NCBI GenBank assembly: GCA_963762075.1
Contig: CAVXJC010000007.1
Span: 65,920 to 129,919 of the forward strand
Source of the DNA: an uncultured Actinomycetes bacterium
GTDB taxonomy: Bacteria; Actinomycetota; UBA4738; HRBIN12
Reading direction: 5' to 3'
Length of the DNA stretch: 64,000 nt
The notes under the pieces are model-generated. The model saw nothing but the letters and a program-made list of their open reading frames with translations. It was not told the DNA's origin and searched no databases. This document shows, one piece after another, positions 28,379 through 37,656 of the stretch (the stretch's first letter is position 1; every line of letters begins with the position of its first letter). The position numbers were made by a program, and so were the translations under genes.

Positions 28379-29682
28379 GACCGCAGCACCTCTCCCATCG
28401 CCGCGACGAAGGCGTCGATCTCTCCTCGCGAACGGCGTTCGGTCACGGCGACGACGAGCACGTCGTCACCGGCCTGGGGCATGGCGACCCCCGCGAGGAA
28501 GCCTCGCTCGATCAACTCGCCGATCACGTGGGTCGCCGGCCGGGGCAGTCGCAGGGCGACTTCCTTGAACATGGCGCGATCGGGGAAGACGCGAGATACC
28601 CCCTCGAGAGCCGTGAGGCATCCCGCCGCGTAAGCGGTCTTGGCGACGCACTGCCGCCCGAGCTCGGCGAGGCCATCGGGGCCGAGCCACGCGAGGTACA
28701 CGGCCGCAGCCACCGCCATCAGCGTCTGGTTCGTGCAGATGTTGGAGTTGGCCTTGTCGCGGCGGATGTGCTGCTCACGGGCCTGGAGCGTCAGCACGTA
28801 CCCCGGTCGACCCGCGACATCGACGGTCTCGCCGACGATGCGGCCTGGCAGCTTCCTCACGTCCGCCATGCGCCCCGCGATGATGCCGAGGTAGGGCCCC
28901 CCGTAGTTCAGGTGGTTCCCGAGCCCCTGTCCCTCGCCCACGGCGATGTCGGCTCCGAGCTCGCCGGGAGAGGCGAGCACACCGAGCGACAGCGGGTCGA
29001 AGATCTGTATCGCCGCAGCGCCGCCGGCGTGTGCGGCATCGAACAGCTCGCGCGCCGGTCCGAGCACCCCGTAGGCATCGGGGTGTTGCACGACGACGGC
29101 GGCCACATCATCGGTCACACGTGGCTCGGCCTCGAACGACTCCGGCTCGTACCCAGCTCCTCGCCCGGCCGTGCGGAGCGCCTCGACGGCGCGCGGATCG
29201 ACGCCCGATGCCACCAGCACCCGAGATCGATCCGGGCGGATGGTCATGTGCACCGCCTCGACGAGCGCGCTCACACCGTCATACAGGGAGGCGTTCGATA
29301 CCTCGAGCCCGGTCAGCTCGCAGATCATCGACTGGTACTCGAACAGGATCTGGAGCACTCCCTGCGAGAGCTCCGGCTGATACGGCGTGTACGACGTGTA
29401 GAGTTCGCTGCGGCTCGCCAAGGCCCAGACCACCGCAGGCACGTAGTGGTCATATGCACCGCCTCCCGCGAAGCAGACGAGATCATCGGCGCTGCGGTTG
29501 CGGCTCGCGAGCGCCGCCATGTCTGCTGCGAGCTCCATCTCGCTCACACCGTCGGCGATCGCGAGCGGGCGATCGAGACGCACCGAGGGCGGAACCTGCG
29601 CGAAGAGCTCGTCGATCGAGGAACGCCCGACCGTCGCGAGCATCTCTCGAACCTCGTCGCCGGTGTGCGGGCTGAACCTCAC
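28375..29682 (-). CDS. gcvPA: glycine dehydrogenase (decarboxylating) subunit 1 GcvPA
   Basis: ...YTPYQPELSQGVLQ...SNICTNQ... subunit-1 motifs. 435 aa. Confidence 0.88.
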   Translation of the reverse strand: MRFSPHTGDEVREMLATVGRSSIDELFAQVPPSVRLDRPLAIADGVSEMELAADMAALASRNRSADDLVCFAGGGAYDHYVPAVVWALASRSELYTSYTPYQPELSQGVLQILFEYQSMICELTGLEVSNASLYDGVSALVEAVHMTIRPDRSRVLVASGVDPRAVEALRTAGRGAGYEPESFEAEPRVTDDVAAVVVQHPDAYGVLGPARELFDAAHAGGAAAIQIFDPLSLGVLASPGELGADIAVGEGQGLGNHLNYGGPYLGIIAGRMADVRKLPGRIVGETVDVAGRPGYVLTLQAREQHIRRDKANSNICTNQTLMAVAAAVYLAWLGPDGLAELGRQCVAKTAYAAGCLTALEGVSRVFPDRAMFKEVALRLPRPATHVIGELIERGFLAGVAMPQAGDDVLVVAVTERRSRGEIDAFVAAMGEVLRS

Positions 29683-29688
29683 GTCGGG

Positions 29689-30120
29689 TCAGTCTACGGA
29701 GCCGCTCGCCCCACGACCCAGCACTCCCCCGGCATCGACGGGCGGTACCGTGCGGACGTCTTCGAGGCCGTACTTCGTGACGAGTGAGAGGTAGTCGCGC
29801 TGGTAGAAGATCTTGCACGAGATCTCGGGGTACCGCTCCCGCAGTCGACGCACCTTGCCGTTCTTCTTGGTCACGAGCTTCTGGTTCAGCGTCGTGATCT
29901 CGATGTAGAGGTCGAATTCGGGAAGGTAGAAGTCGGGTGTGAATCGCTGCAGCACGCGGCCTTCTTTGTCGAAGTCGATATCGAACGAGGTCGGCTCGTA
30001 CTGCCAGTCGATGTCGTAGAACTCGAGGAGTTTCGCGAACTGGCGCTCGGAGGCGTGCGCGAAGCGGATCGTGTCGCTCTTGAGAGAGGGAACGTCGAGG
30101 TTCGCCGGGCGCGCGCTCAC
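29689..30120 (-). CDS. hypothetical protein, possible PD-(D/E)xK-like fold
   Basis: 143 aa with a TPDFYLPEFDLYIEIT..K motif. ATGA overlap with the upstream MerR gene. No definite family. Confidence 0.5.
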   Translation of the reverse strand: MSARPANLDVPSLKSDTIRFAHASERQFAKLLEFYDIDWQYEPTSFDIDFDKEGRVLQRFTPDFYLPEFDLYIEITTLNQKLVTKKNGKVRRLRERYPEISCKIFYQRDYLSLVTKYGLEDVRTVPPVDAGGVLGRGASGSVD

Positions 30121-30575
30121 GACCCTCCGGCCGCGGCACGCCGGGCCCGCGGTTTCGTCGCCGATGCGACGCTGTCTTCGAGGTCGCTGTAGACGGCGTC
30201 GAGGGAGATCGCGAACACGCCCTGGCCGTTGCGCAGCAGGTCGACGACCGCTTCGGGCGAATGGGCCTCGTAGACGCCCGTTCCGTCGGACATGAGCGTC
30301 ACGCCGTGCGCGGGGCGATCCATCGCCCGCAGGTATTCGACCGCCTTGCGCACGCGCTGAAGGGAGATGCCTGTGTCGAGGAGCTTCTTGATGACCTTCA
30401 GGGTCGCGAGATCCTGGAAGGAATACAGCCGCTGAGTGCCGGACCCGTGAGCGTCGTTGACCGATGGTGTCACGAGTCCTGTGCGTGTCCAGTAGTCGAG
30501 CTGACGGTACGAGATGTCCGCGATGCGCTTTGCCTCGGGCGCACGGAACCCTTGCTCATGCATGACGACTCCCAT
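30117..30575 (-). CDS. MerR family transcriptional regulator
   Basis: MerR HTH (ISYRQLDYWTRTGLV). Confidence 0.8.
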   Translation of the reverse strand: MGVVMHEQGFRAPEAKRIADISYRQLDYWTRTGLVTPSVNDAHGSGTQRLYSFQDLATLKVIKKLLDTGISLQRVRKAVEYLRAMDRPAHGVTLMSDGTGVYEAHSPEAVVDLLRNGQGVFAISLDAVYSDLEDSVASATKPRARRAAAGGS

Positions 30576-30804
30576 GGTCGGTCCACGAGGCGACTCAGAA
30601 TCACGCCGATGTGTTTCAGCAGCGTAGGGCCCATGTCGGCGCCTGTCAACGCCTCACGATGCCCAGATCGCGATGCCGTGGCTCAAGTTCACCAGCGGGA
30701 TGCCCGATGTCTCCATAGTCACCGATCGAGCTGCGTCGTAGTCACGACTCGCACCTCGACGTAGTCACGAAGGACCACCAGCCTCAGGAGAGAGGAGGGG
30801 TACC

Positions 30805-31248
30805 ATGACAACGACCCCCCGTCGGCTCGCAGCGGCCGCCGTGCTCGCCGTCTCGCTCGCCCTGGTGCCGGCCGCTGCACAAGCGCGCACCCCGAACTAC
30901 TCCTGGCAGATGTTCCGGGAGACCAACGAGACCCGCGCCCACCACTCGGCCGGTCGCCTCGATCGAGCGCATCGCCTCGAGTGGATCGCCACGAAACACG
31001 CGCGTTCCATGGCACGCCGAGGTGAGCTCTTCCACTCTTCGGGGCCGAGCCGCTACGGGATTCGATGCCGCACGTGGGGCGAGAACGTCGGCTACACCAG
31101 CGGCGACGTCGAGGACCTGCAACGTGCGTTCATGGCGAGCCCGACGCACCGCAGCCACGTGCTCGACCGGAGCTTCGATCGGGTCGCCGTCGGCTCGGCC
31201 ACGGATGATCGTGGGCGGCTGTACGTCACGCTGTTCTTCTGCACCTGA
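30805..31248 (+). CDS. secreted CAP (SCP/PR-1-like) domain protein
   Basis: Signal peptide plus CAP-domain motifs (HSAGRLDRAHRLEWIATKHARSMA...GENVGY). Strong RBS (aggaggggtacc ATG). Confidence 0.75.
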   Translation: MTTTPRRLAAAAVLAVSLALVPAAAQARTPNYSWQMFRETNETRAHHSAGRLDRAHRLEWIATKHARSMARRGELFHSSGPSRYGIRCRTWGENVGYTSGDVEDLQRAFMASPTHRSHVLDRSFDRVAVGSATDDRGRLYVTLFFCT

Positions 31249-31280
31249 GCCCGTCGGCCCTCGGGCTCACCGATCGAGGC

Positions 31281-31754
31281 TCAGCCCGCGAAGTCTTCGG
31301 GGGTGACGGTGTCGAGGAACTCGCGGAATTTCTCGACCTCGTCGTCCTCTTCCTCGGGGATCAGGATCGAGGCTTCCTCGAGCACCTCTTCGTGCACGAA
31401 GATCGGCACCGACATGCGCACGGCGAGCGCGATCGCATCGGACGGACGGGATGAGATCTCGTAGTCCTCGCCCTGGCGGTTCATGGCGATCGTGGCGAAG
31501 AACGTCGACTCCCGCAGCTCCGTCACCTCGATGCGCCGCACGTCGACGGCGAGGTCTTCGAGGATCGTTCGGAGCAGGTCGTGCGTCATGGGACGAGGCG
31601 TGACCACCCCTTGCAGCGAGAGCGCGATGGCCGCCGCTTCGGCCGCGCCGATCCAGATGGGAAGGTATCGCTCGCCTTCTCGTTCCCGCAACAACACGAT
31701 GGGCTGATTGGTGGGCAGTTCGACACGCACACCGGTGAGTTCCATCTCGATCAT
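31281..31754 (-). CDS. bifunctional nuclease (BFN/DUF151) domain protein
   Basis: MIEMELTGVRVELPTNQPIVLLRE... DUF151 signature. Start chosen at the internal ATG at 31754; the raw ORF has an S/T/P/R-rich upstream extension. Confidence 0.7.
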   Translation of the reverse strand: MIEMELTGVRVELPTNQPIVLLREREGERYLPIWIGAAEAAAIALSLQGVVTPRPMTHDLLRTILEDLAVDVRRIEVTELRESTFFATIAMNRQGEDYEISSRPSDAIALAVRMSVPIFVHEEVLEEASILIPEEEDDEVEKFREFLDTVTPEDFAG

Positions 31755-31821
31755 GTCGGTGCGAGCGTAACCGCGGGTCCACGCTCGGGCAACCGGCACG
31801 CCGCTCGCTGCGCCGCCGGGC

Positions 31822-32397
31822 TCAGGCCGTGGCGAACCGAGGCGCGAGCAGGTGCGGATCGGCGGCGAGGGCATCGAGGTCGTGCACCTGCACGATGTCG
31901 GGGAGGTTGCGGTAGCGCTCCTGGAAGTCGAGCCCATAGCCGACCACGAAACGATCGGGGCAGTCGAAGCCCACGTAGCGCGGCGCCAACGGCACGATCC
32001 GGCGGACCGCCTTGTCGAGCAGTGTGCACACCTCCAGCGATGACGGGCCGCGGGCGCGAAGGACGCCGAGCAGGTACCGAAGGGTGAGCGCGGTGTCGAC
32101 GATGTCCTCGACCAGGAGCACGTCGCGGCCGGCGAGGTCGATGTCGACGTCCAGGAGGATGCGCACGCGTCCGAGAGATTCCTTCGCGTCGCCGTAGCGA
32201 CTGATCGCCATGAAATGTGGCTCGACGATCAGAGGCGTCGAGCGCATGAGATCGGCGAGGAACACCGCTCCGCCCTTGAGGACCGTGACGAGCACGGGTT
32301 CCCTCCCCGCATAGTCCTCGGCGATGGAGCGGCCGAGCTCCTGCACGCGGCGGCGGATGTCTTCGCGTCCGAACAGGACGCTCGCGACCTCCGTCAT
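31822..32397 (-). CDS. hpt: hypoxanthine phosphoribosyltransferase
   Basis: PRTase type I motif (VLLVEDIVDTALTL) and HPRT-like length. Confidence 0.85.
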   Translation of the reverse strand: MTEVASVLFGREDIRRRVQELGRSIAEDYAGREPVLVTVLKGGAVFLADLMRSTPLIVEPHFMAISRYGDAKESLGRVRILLDVDIDLAGRDVLLVEDIVDTALTLRYLLGVLRARGPSSLEVCTLLDKAVRRIVPLAPRYVGFDCPDRFVVGYGLDFQERYRNLPDIVQVHDLDALAADPHLLAPRFATA

Positions 32398-32430
32398 GAC
32401 GCGCGGAGCCTAGCAGGCGCCGCAGATCGA

Positions 32431-33726
32431 TCAGCCCACGACGCCTCCGAGGGCCTGTCCGATCGCGCGGCTGAGCGCACCGCCAGCGCGCTGCCACCAC
32501 GGATCGTCGCCGGCGGGCGGCGGGGGTGGCACCTGTGCCACGACCAGTGGGCTCGCACCCAGCGACAAGCCGGGAACCATCACCCTGAGTGTGCCGACCC
32601 GCTCTCCCATGGCGGGGGGGAACAGCGCACCGGCACGCACGAAGACCTCGTGGCGCACCGCGTCGAGGTGCGGCGTCGGCACGAGCGAGTCGATCGCTCG
32701 ACGGGCCTCGACCGCCACGGTCCCGCCGCGGATGGCGACCGTGCCGATCCCCTGGCCGGCTCGCACGAGCGTGCGTTCCTGGAAGCCCTCGAAACCATGA
32801 TCGAGCAAGGCGGCGGCCTCGGAGAACGGCTCGCCCCTGCTCCCGAGCACGACGGCGATCAAGCGACGGCCATCGCGCTCTGCCGTCGCGATCAAGCAGT
32901 AGCCGGCGACAGCCGTGAAGCCTGTCTTCACCCCGGTGGCTCCCGCGTAGAGCCAGAGCAGAGCGTTCCTGTTCTGGACCCGGCGCGGCCGTCCCTCGGG
33001 AGCGGAGATCTCTCGGAACCTCGACGCGACGATGCGGGCGAACCCGGGCACGGCGTAGGCAGTTCTCGCGAGAACGAGCAGATCGCGGGGGCTCGAACGT
33101 CCACGATCGTCGAGGCCGTTCGGCGAGAAGAACTCGGTGCGCCGCAGGCCGAGTGTGCGAGCACGCTCATTCATCAGATCGACGAACCGCTGTTGGGTGC
33201 CGGCGATGTCGACCGCGAGCGCCACCGCCGCGTCGTTGGCCGACTGCAGCATGAGGGCGTCGAGCAACTCTCTGACGGTCCGCCGTTCTCCGGCACGCAG
33301 CCCGAGGGTCGATGACGAACCGTAGTCGTCGTCGTCGAAGACCGCCTCGGCGGTGACCTCGACCACGTCGTGCAGATCTCTGCGCTCCAAGACGATCAGC
33401 GCGGTCATCACCTTGGTGAGGCTCGCGATGGGTCGCCGGATCTCGGGCGCCTTCGCGAACATGACGTGTCCGTCGTCGAGATCGGCCAGGATCGCCGCGG
33501 GAGCATCGAGCCGCGGAGCCGTGACGGCGTCGGATGGAGTCTCGAGCGCTTGCGGGAACGGTGATGGCGAGCCTCGAGGAGGGACAGGCGTCGGCGGCGG
33601 TCCGGAGCGCTCCGCCGATGAGACGCCCAGCAACCCGACCTGCAGGGCCAGGCAGGCGGCGACCGAAGCAGCGAGGAGCACGAACCTCCGGCTGCCGGTC
33701 GCCCGCGGGATCCGGCGCACGCTCAC
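32431..33726 (-). CDS. D-alanyl-D-alanine carboxypeptidase (peptidase S11)
   Basis: Signal/TM region, then SLTK (SxxK) and SAND (SxN) motifs. Confidence 0.8.
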   Translation of the reverse strand: MSVRRIPRATGSRRFVLLAASVAACLALQVGLLGVSSAERSGPPPTPVPPRGSPSPFPQALETPSDAVTAPRLDAPAAILADLDDGHVMFAKAPEIRRPIASLTKVMTALIVLERRDLHDVVEVTAEAVFDDDDYGSSSTLGLRAGERRTVRELLDALMLQSANDAAVALAVDIAGTQQRFVDLMNERARTLGLRRTEFFSPNGLDDRGRSSPRDLLVLARTAYAVPGFARIVASRFREISAPEGRPRRVQNRNALLWLYAGATGVKTGFTAVAGYCLIATAERDGRRLIAVVLGSRGEPFSEAAALLDHGFEGFQERTLVRAGQGIGTVAIRGGTVAVEARRAIDSLVPTPHLDAVRHEVFVRAGALFPPAMGERVGTLRVMVPGLSLGASPLVVAQVPPPPPAGDDPWWQRAGGALSRAIGQALGGVVG

Positions 33727-34448
33727 GCCTCGCGCAGATCTTCGCCCAGGTTCGTGCGCAGCAGCGCCTGTTTGAGCTTTCGGCTGGTGATCGACAGGTC
33801 GGCGAGCATCTCGGCCGCCACGCGCCGCGCGTCGGGATTCTTCTGACGCAGCCGCGGCGCCACGAGATCCTCGAAGAACTTCGACTCGCGGTCGGCGAAA
33901 TGCTTGTACATCGTGAGATGCCGGGGCTCGATGCCGTACCGGAAGAAGTCCTTCACGATCGACAGGACGATGTAGTCGTCGCCGTCGTAGTAGCGAGCGC
34001 CGTCGGGACCGTGGGAACAGACGATGCCGAACGATTCGAGCTCCTTGATGCGATCGCGCTCGACCCCCGTTGCGGCCGACATCTCCTCGATCGACATCTG
34101 CAGACCTGTCGGGGCGTCGGCGAGCCCCTCGTCGACAGCCGCGTCATCGGCATCGTCGTCGGGATCCGGTGCATCGCCGTCCGTTCCCTCGTCATCTGCA
34201 TCCTGCTTCAACAACCGCTCCTTGATCACCTTGAGCGGCAGGTACTCGTCTCGTTGGAGCCGCAGGATCGACCTGAGGCGATCGACGTCGTCGACGTAGA
34301 ACTTGCGATAGCCCGACGGCGTGCGCTCGGGCTCGATGAGCCCTTCGGCCTCGAGGAATCGGATCTTGGAGATCGTGATGTCGGGGAACTCGGTCTTCAC
34401 GGCCACGAGAACCTCGCCGATCGATTGGTAGTTGCGGGTTCCCGCCAT
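33723..34448 (-). CDS. MerR family transcriptional regulator (FtsR-like)
   Basis: N-terminal MerR HTH (YQSIGEVLVAVKTEFPDITISKIRFLEAEGLI) and a long acidic linker. Confidence 0.75.
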   Translation of the reverse strand: MAGTRNYQSIGEVLVAVKTEFPDITISKIRFLEAEGLIEPERTPSGYRKFYVDDVDRLRSILRLQRDEYLPLKVIKERLLKQDADDEGTDGDAPDPDDDADDAAVDEGLADAPTGLQMSIEEMSAATGVERDRIKELESFGIVCSHGPDGARYYDGDDYIVLSIVKDFFRYGIEPRHLTMYKHFADRESKFFEDLVAPRLRQKNPDARRVAAEMLADLSITSRKLKQALLRTNLGEDLREA

Positions 34449-34455
34449 CGCGCCA

Positions 34456-34917
34456 TCACTCCCCTGCCGAGAAGAACACGAGCTTGAATCGGCCGACCTG
34501 CACCTCGTCGCCGGACGCGAGCTTCGTCTCCTCGACCTGCTCGCCGTTCACGTACGTGCCGTTCAGACTCCCGGCATCGCGGACGAACCACTCGCTTCCC
34601 GCCCGGCGTTCGAACACCGCGTGCGCGCGGGAGACGGTGACATCGTCGAGGAAGACGGCTGCGTCGGTCGCCCGGCCAACGGTGGTGAGGTCGTCTTGCA
34701 TGAGGAACGTCGACCCTGCGTTGGGACCACGTTTCACGAGAACCAGAGCCTGACCTGGGTCGAGCTCGTCGTGAGGGAAGGGGAACTCGTCGTGACCTTC
34801 GTCGTCGGTCTCGAGCGGCGTCAACGAGACCGTGGGGTCGCCATGCAGTGAAGCGCCGCACTTCGCGCAGAACCGTGCGTCATCACGATTGGGATGTCCA
34901 CAACGGGTACAGAACAA
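34456..34917 (-). CDS. garA: FHA-domain protein (GarA/OdhI-like) with N-terminal zinc ribbon
   Basis: C-terminal FHA (…GRATDAAVFLDDVTVSRAHAVF…NGTYVNGE…). The N-terminus is CTRCGHPN…CAKCG. It lies adjacent to gcvH. Confidence 0.75.
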   Translation of the reverse strand: MFCTRCGHPNRDDARFCAKCGASLHGDPTVSLTPLETDDEGHDEFPFPHDELDPGQALVLVKRGPNAGSTFLMQDDLTTVGRATDAAVFLDDVTVSRAHAVFERRAGSEWFVRDAGSLNGTYVNGEQVEETKLASGDEVQVGRFKLVFFSAGE

Positions 34918-35085
34918 CGTCGGCTTCCCCTCTGGTTCGGTCTCCCGCCGAGGGTTCGGGTCGAAGGTTCCGCCACCCGCCGGGACGCTCGGATGACGTT
35001 ACCGCAGGGTGAGAGAACCTTCAACCGTACCGAAGAGGAACCCTCGACCCCGCAAGCAGTGAGGTTCGACCATGGGTCGATGGGG

Positions 35086-35502
35086 TCAAGTCTCGATGTC
35101 GCCCGCGCCCTCAGCGAACGCTCGATACGCAGCAGCGTCGAGCAGGCCTCCGATCGCCTCGGGGTCGTCGGCGGCGACGACTACGAGCCAGCCGTCACCG
35201 TAGGGTTGTTCGTTGACGAGCTCGGGCCGTTCTTCGATGAGCGGGTTGCGCTCGAGGATCGTGCCGGCGAGCGGACTGTACACATCGGAGACGGATTTCG
35301 TCGATTCGACCTCGCCCAGCGGTTCGTGTGCCTCGACCCGCGCACCAACCTGCGGGAGGTCGACGTAGACCACATCGCCGAGCGCATCTTGCGCGAAGTC
35401 CGTGATGCCCACGCGCACACGATCTCCCTCGGCTCGAGCCCATTCATGCTCCTTGGTGTACCGAAGTTCCTCGGGAAACTCCACTGAGCGCCTCCTCTTC
35501 AT
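35086..35502 (-). CDS. gcvH: glycine cleavage system H protein
   Basis: Lipoyl-lysine motif ESTKSVSDVYSP and YTKEHEW at the N-terminus. Start at the ATG at 35502. Confidence 0.88.
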   Translation of the reverse strand: MKRRRSVEFPEELRYTKEHEWARAEGDRVRVGITDFAQDALGDVVYVDLPQVGARVEAHEPLGEVESTKSVSDVYSPLAGTILERNPLIEERPELVNEQPYGDGWLVVVAADDPEAIGGLLDAAAYRAFAEGAGDIET

Positions 35503-35566
35503 CGACCCCGGACAACGACCCCCACGAACCGTGGATCCTGCGGCTGCACGATAGTGCGAAAGGCGC

Positions 35567-36166
35567 TCACGCGGATGCATGTGCCTGCCCGCCGGCCACC
35601 GCTCGGCGCGCGTCGCGAGCGTACGCGCCCGCGGCGATGTAGTACGCCACGATGCCCACCGCGTAGGCGAGCCACCCGACCGCGAGAGCGGCCGCAGACG
35701 GCCACACTCCCAGCGAGCCCCACGAGATCGCCGGGATCGCGATCATCAGGGCAAATGTCGCCACCTTGCCGATGCGCCGAACGTCGATGCGCACGCCGCG
35801 CCGCAAGAGGACGGCTCCCGCCACCAGGATCGATACGTCGCGCACCAGGATGACGACCGCCGCCCAACGAGGGAACACGCCGCGCACGACGAGCGCGATC
35901 AGCCCGGCGGCGATCGCCGCCCTATCGGCCAGCGGATCGAGGATCGCGCCGAGTTCCGTTACCTGACCGGTGCGACGCGCGATCGTGCCGTCGACCCAGT
36001 CGGTGGCCACCACCAGGCCGAACACCGCGATGCCCACTGCCGTCGTGTCACGATCGACGATGAGCGCGCAGAAGACGGGGATCGTGACGATCCGCAGGAG
36101 CGAAATCGCATTGGGAACGGTGAGCACACGCTTCGATGCCGGCGTCGGCTCACCTGGCGCATCCAT
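35567..36166 (-). CDS. CDP-alcohol phosphatidyltransferase family protein (PgsA-like)
   Basis: Polytopic membrane protein with D(x)2DG(x)2AR…G(x)3D(x)3D (DWVDGTIARRTG…LDPLADR). Confidence 0.8.
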   Translation of the reverse strand: MDAPGEPTPASKRVLTVPNAISLLRIVTIPVFCALIVDRDTTAVGIAVFGLVVATDWVDGTIARRTGQVTELGAILDPLADRAAIAAGLIALVVRGVFPRWAAVVILVRDVSILVAGAVLLRRGVRIDVRRIGKVATFALMIAIPAISWGSLGVWPSAAALAVGWLAYAVGIVAYYIAAGAYARDARRAVAGGQAHASA

Positions 36167-36169
36167 CGG

Positions 36170-36243
36170 TCGGGACGGCGGGACTTGAACCCGCGACCCC
36201 CGGTCCCCCAGACCGGTGCGCTACCAGACTGCGCCACGTCCCG
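36170..36243 (-). tRNA. tRNA-Pro (anticodon GGG)
   Basis: Cloverleaf in the reverse complement: CGGGACG/TG/GCGCAGTCTGGTAGCGC/A/CCGGT-CTGGGGG-ACCGG/GGGTC/GCGGGTTCAAGTCCCGC/CGTCCCG. Anticodon loop CUGGGGG gives GGG. Confidence 0.85.
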
Positions 36244-36318
36244 TGTATCCGCGAGTGTATCGGCTGCCACGCGGTCCCCGCATACCTAGTCTGGTCCGGA
36301 CTAGGCATGCGGGAGTCG

Positions 36319-37656
36319 TCAGCGCGACCTCCTCGGGCGGTATCGAACGCGAACGGGCACCCCCTCGAGATGGAACTCGCGCCTGAGCCGACCCTCGATG
36401 TACCGGCGGTACGTGGCATCGGGCTCGTGGGCGCCGCCGAAGATCACGAACGTCGGAGGGCCGGTCGAGACCTGAGTGGCGTAATGCAGCGTGCCGGCCC
36501 GGCGAGGCGTGGGACGTTCACGCTGCGCTCGCTGGATCACGTCGTTGACCTTCGATGTCGGTACCCTCGAGCTCCACCTGCCGTGCAGGTCGATCAGGAT
36601 CGCCGGAAGACGGTGCACCCCACGCCCGGTCGTCGCCGATGTGCGCATGACCGGCGCGCTCGCGAACTGCCTCATCGTGCGGGTGAGGTCGGCATAGGCG
36701 TCGTCCTTGTCCACCACGAGATCCCACTTGTTGGCGACCATCATCAGCGCCCGGCCGGAATCGATCACGACGTTGGCGATCTTCTTGTCCTCGACGGTGA
36801 AGCCCTGGTCGGCATCGATCAGGAGCAACGCCACCTGCGCCCGCTCGATGGCCTGGGTGGCTCTGACGACGCTGAAGTACTCGACCCCGTGCAGCCTGGT
36901 GCGCCGGCGCATGCCGGCGGTGTCGACGAATCGGACCAGCCCGCCGGGCCATCGCACGATCGCGTCGACCGCGTCGCGGGTGGTACCGGCTTCCTCGTAG
37001 ACGACCGATCGCTGCTGACCCACGATGCGGTTGAACAGGCTCGACTTGCCGACGTTCGGCCTGCCGACGAGCGCGAAGCGCGGCGCGGCGGCGTCCGAGG
37101 GTCCGTCGCCGCGAGGCGCATCGGGCAGGAGTTGCACGATGCGGTCGAGCAGGTCCCCGGCGGCGCGACCGTGCATGCCCGACACGGGGAACGGATCACC
37201 GAGGCCGAGCGAGTGGAAGGCGGCGGCGTCGGATTCTTCCCGCTCGGTGTCGACCTTGTTGGCGATCACGAGCACGGGCACCGTGGCCCGTCGCAGACGC
37301 CGGGCGAGCGCGCCGTCCTCCTCGGTGATCGGGGCCTGGGCATCGACGACGAGCATGATCAGGTCGGCCTGGTCGATCGCACGGTCGGCCTGCTCGCGCG
37401 CGAGCGCCTCGATGCCTCGAGCTTCGTGCAGGTAGCCCGCGGTGTCGACGAGGGAGAAGCGCCTGCCGCGCCAGGTCGCTTCGAGCTCGACACGATCTCG
37501 CGTGACGCCCGGCAGGTCGTGGGCGATCGCCTCGCGCCCGCCGAAGAGCCGATTCACGAGCGTCGACTTCCCGACGTTCTGCCTCCCGATCACGGCCACC
37601 CGGGGCACGCGGGCGCCGGCGTCCTCGCCCGGACCCCGTCGATCGGGCCCGGTCAC
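36319..37656 (-). CDS. der: ribosome-biogenesis GTPase Der (EngA)
   Basis: Two tandem GTPase domains (GRQNVGKST…DTAG ; GRPNVGKSS…DTAG) plus a KH-like C-terminus. Confidence 0.92.
   Translation of the reverse strand: MTGPDRRGPGEDAGARVPRVAVIGRQNVGKSTLVNRLFGGREAIAHDLPGVTRDRVELEATWRGRRFSLVDTAGYLHEARGIEALAREQADRAIDQADLIMLVVDAQAPITEEDGALARRLRRATVPVLVIANKVDTEREESDAAAFHSLGLGDPFPVSGMHGRAAGDLLDRIVQLLPDAPRGDGPSDAAAPRFALVGRPNVGKSSLFNRIVGQQRSVVYEEAGTTRDAVDAIVRWPGGLVRFVDTAGMRRRTRLHGVEYFSVVRATQAIERAQVALLLIDADQGFTVEDKKIANVVIDSGRALMMVANKWDLVVDKDDAYADLTRTMRQFASAPVMRTSATTGRGVHRLPAILIDLHGRWSSRVPTSKVNDVIQRAQRERPTPRRAGTLHYATQVSTGPPTFVIFGGAHEPDATYRRYIEGRLRREFHLEGVPVRVRYRPRRSR

Noticed and set aside
30261-30764. 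167-aa plus-strand ORF
   Set aside because: Antisense to the MerR regulator, with no features.
34918-35085. Possible glycine riboswitch upstream of gcvH
   Set aside because: No recognisable tandem-aptamer consensus was seen by eye, and the region is short. Not claimable without a covariance-model search.
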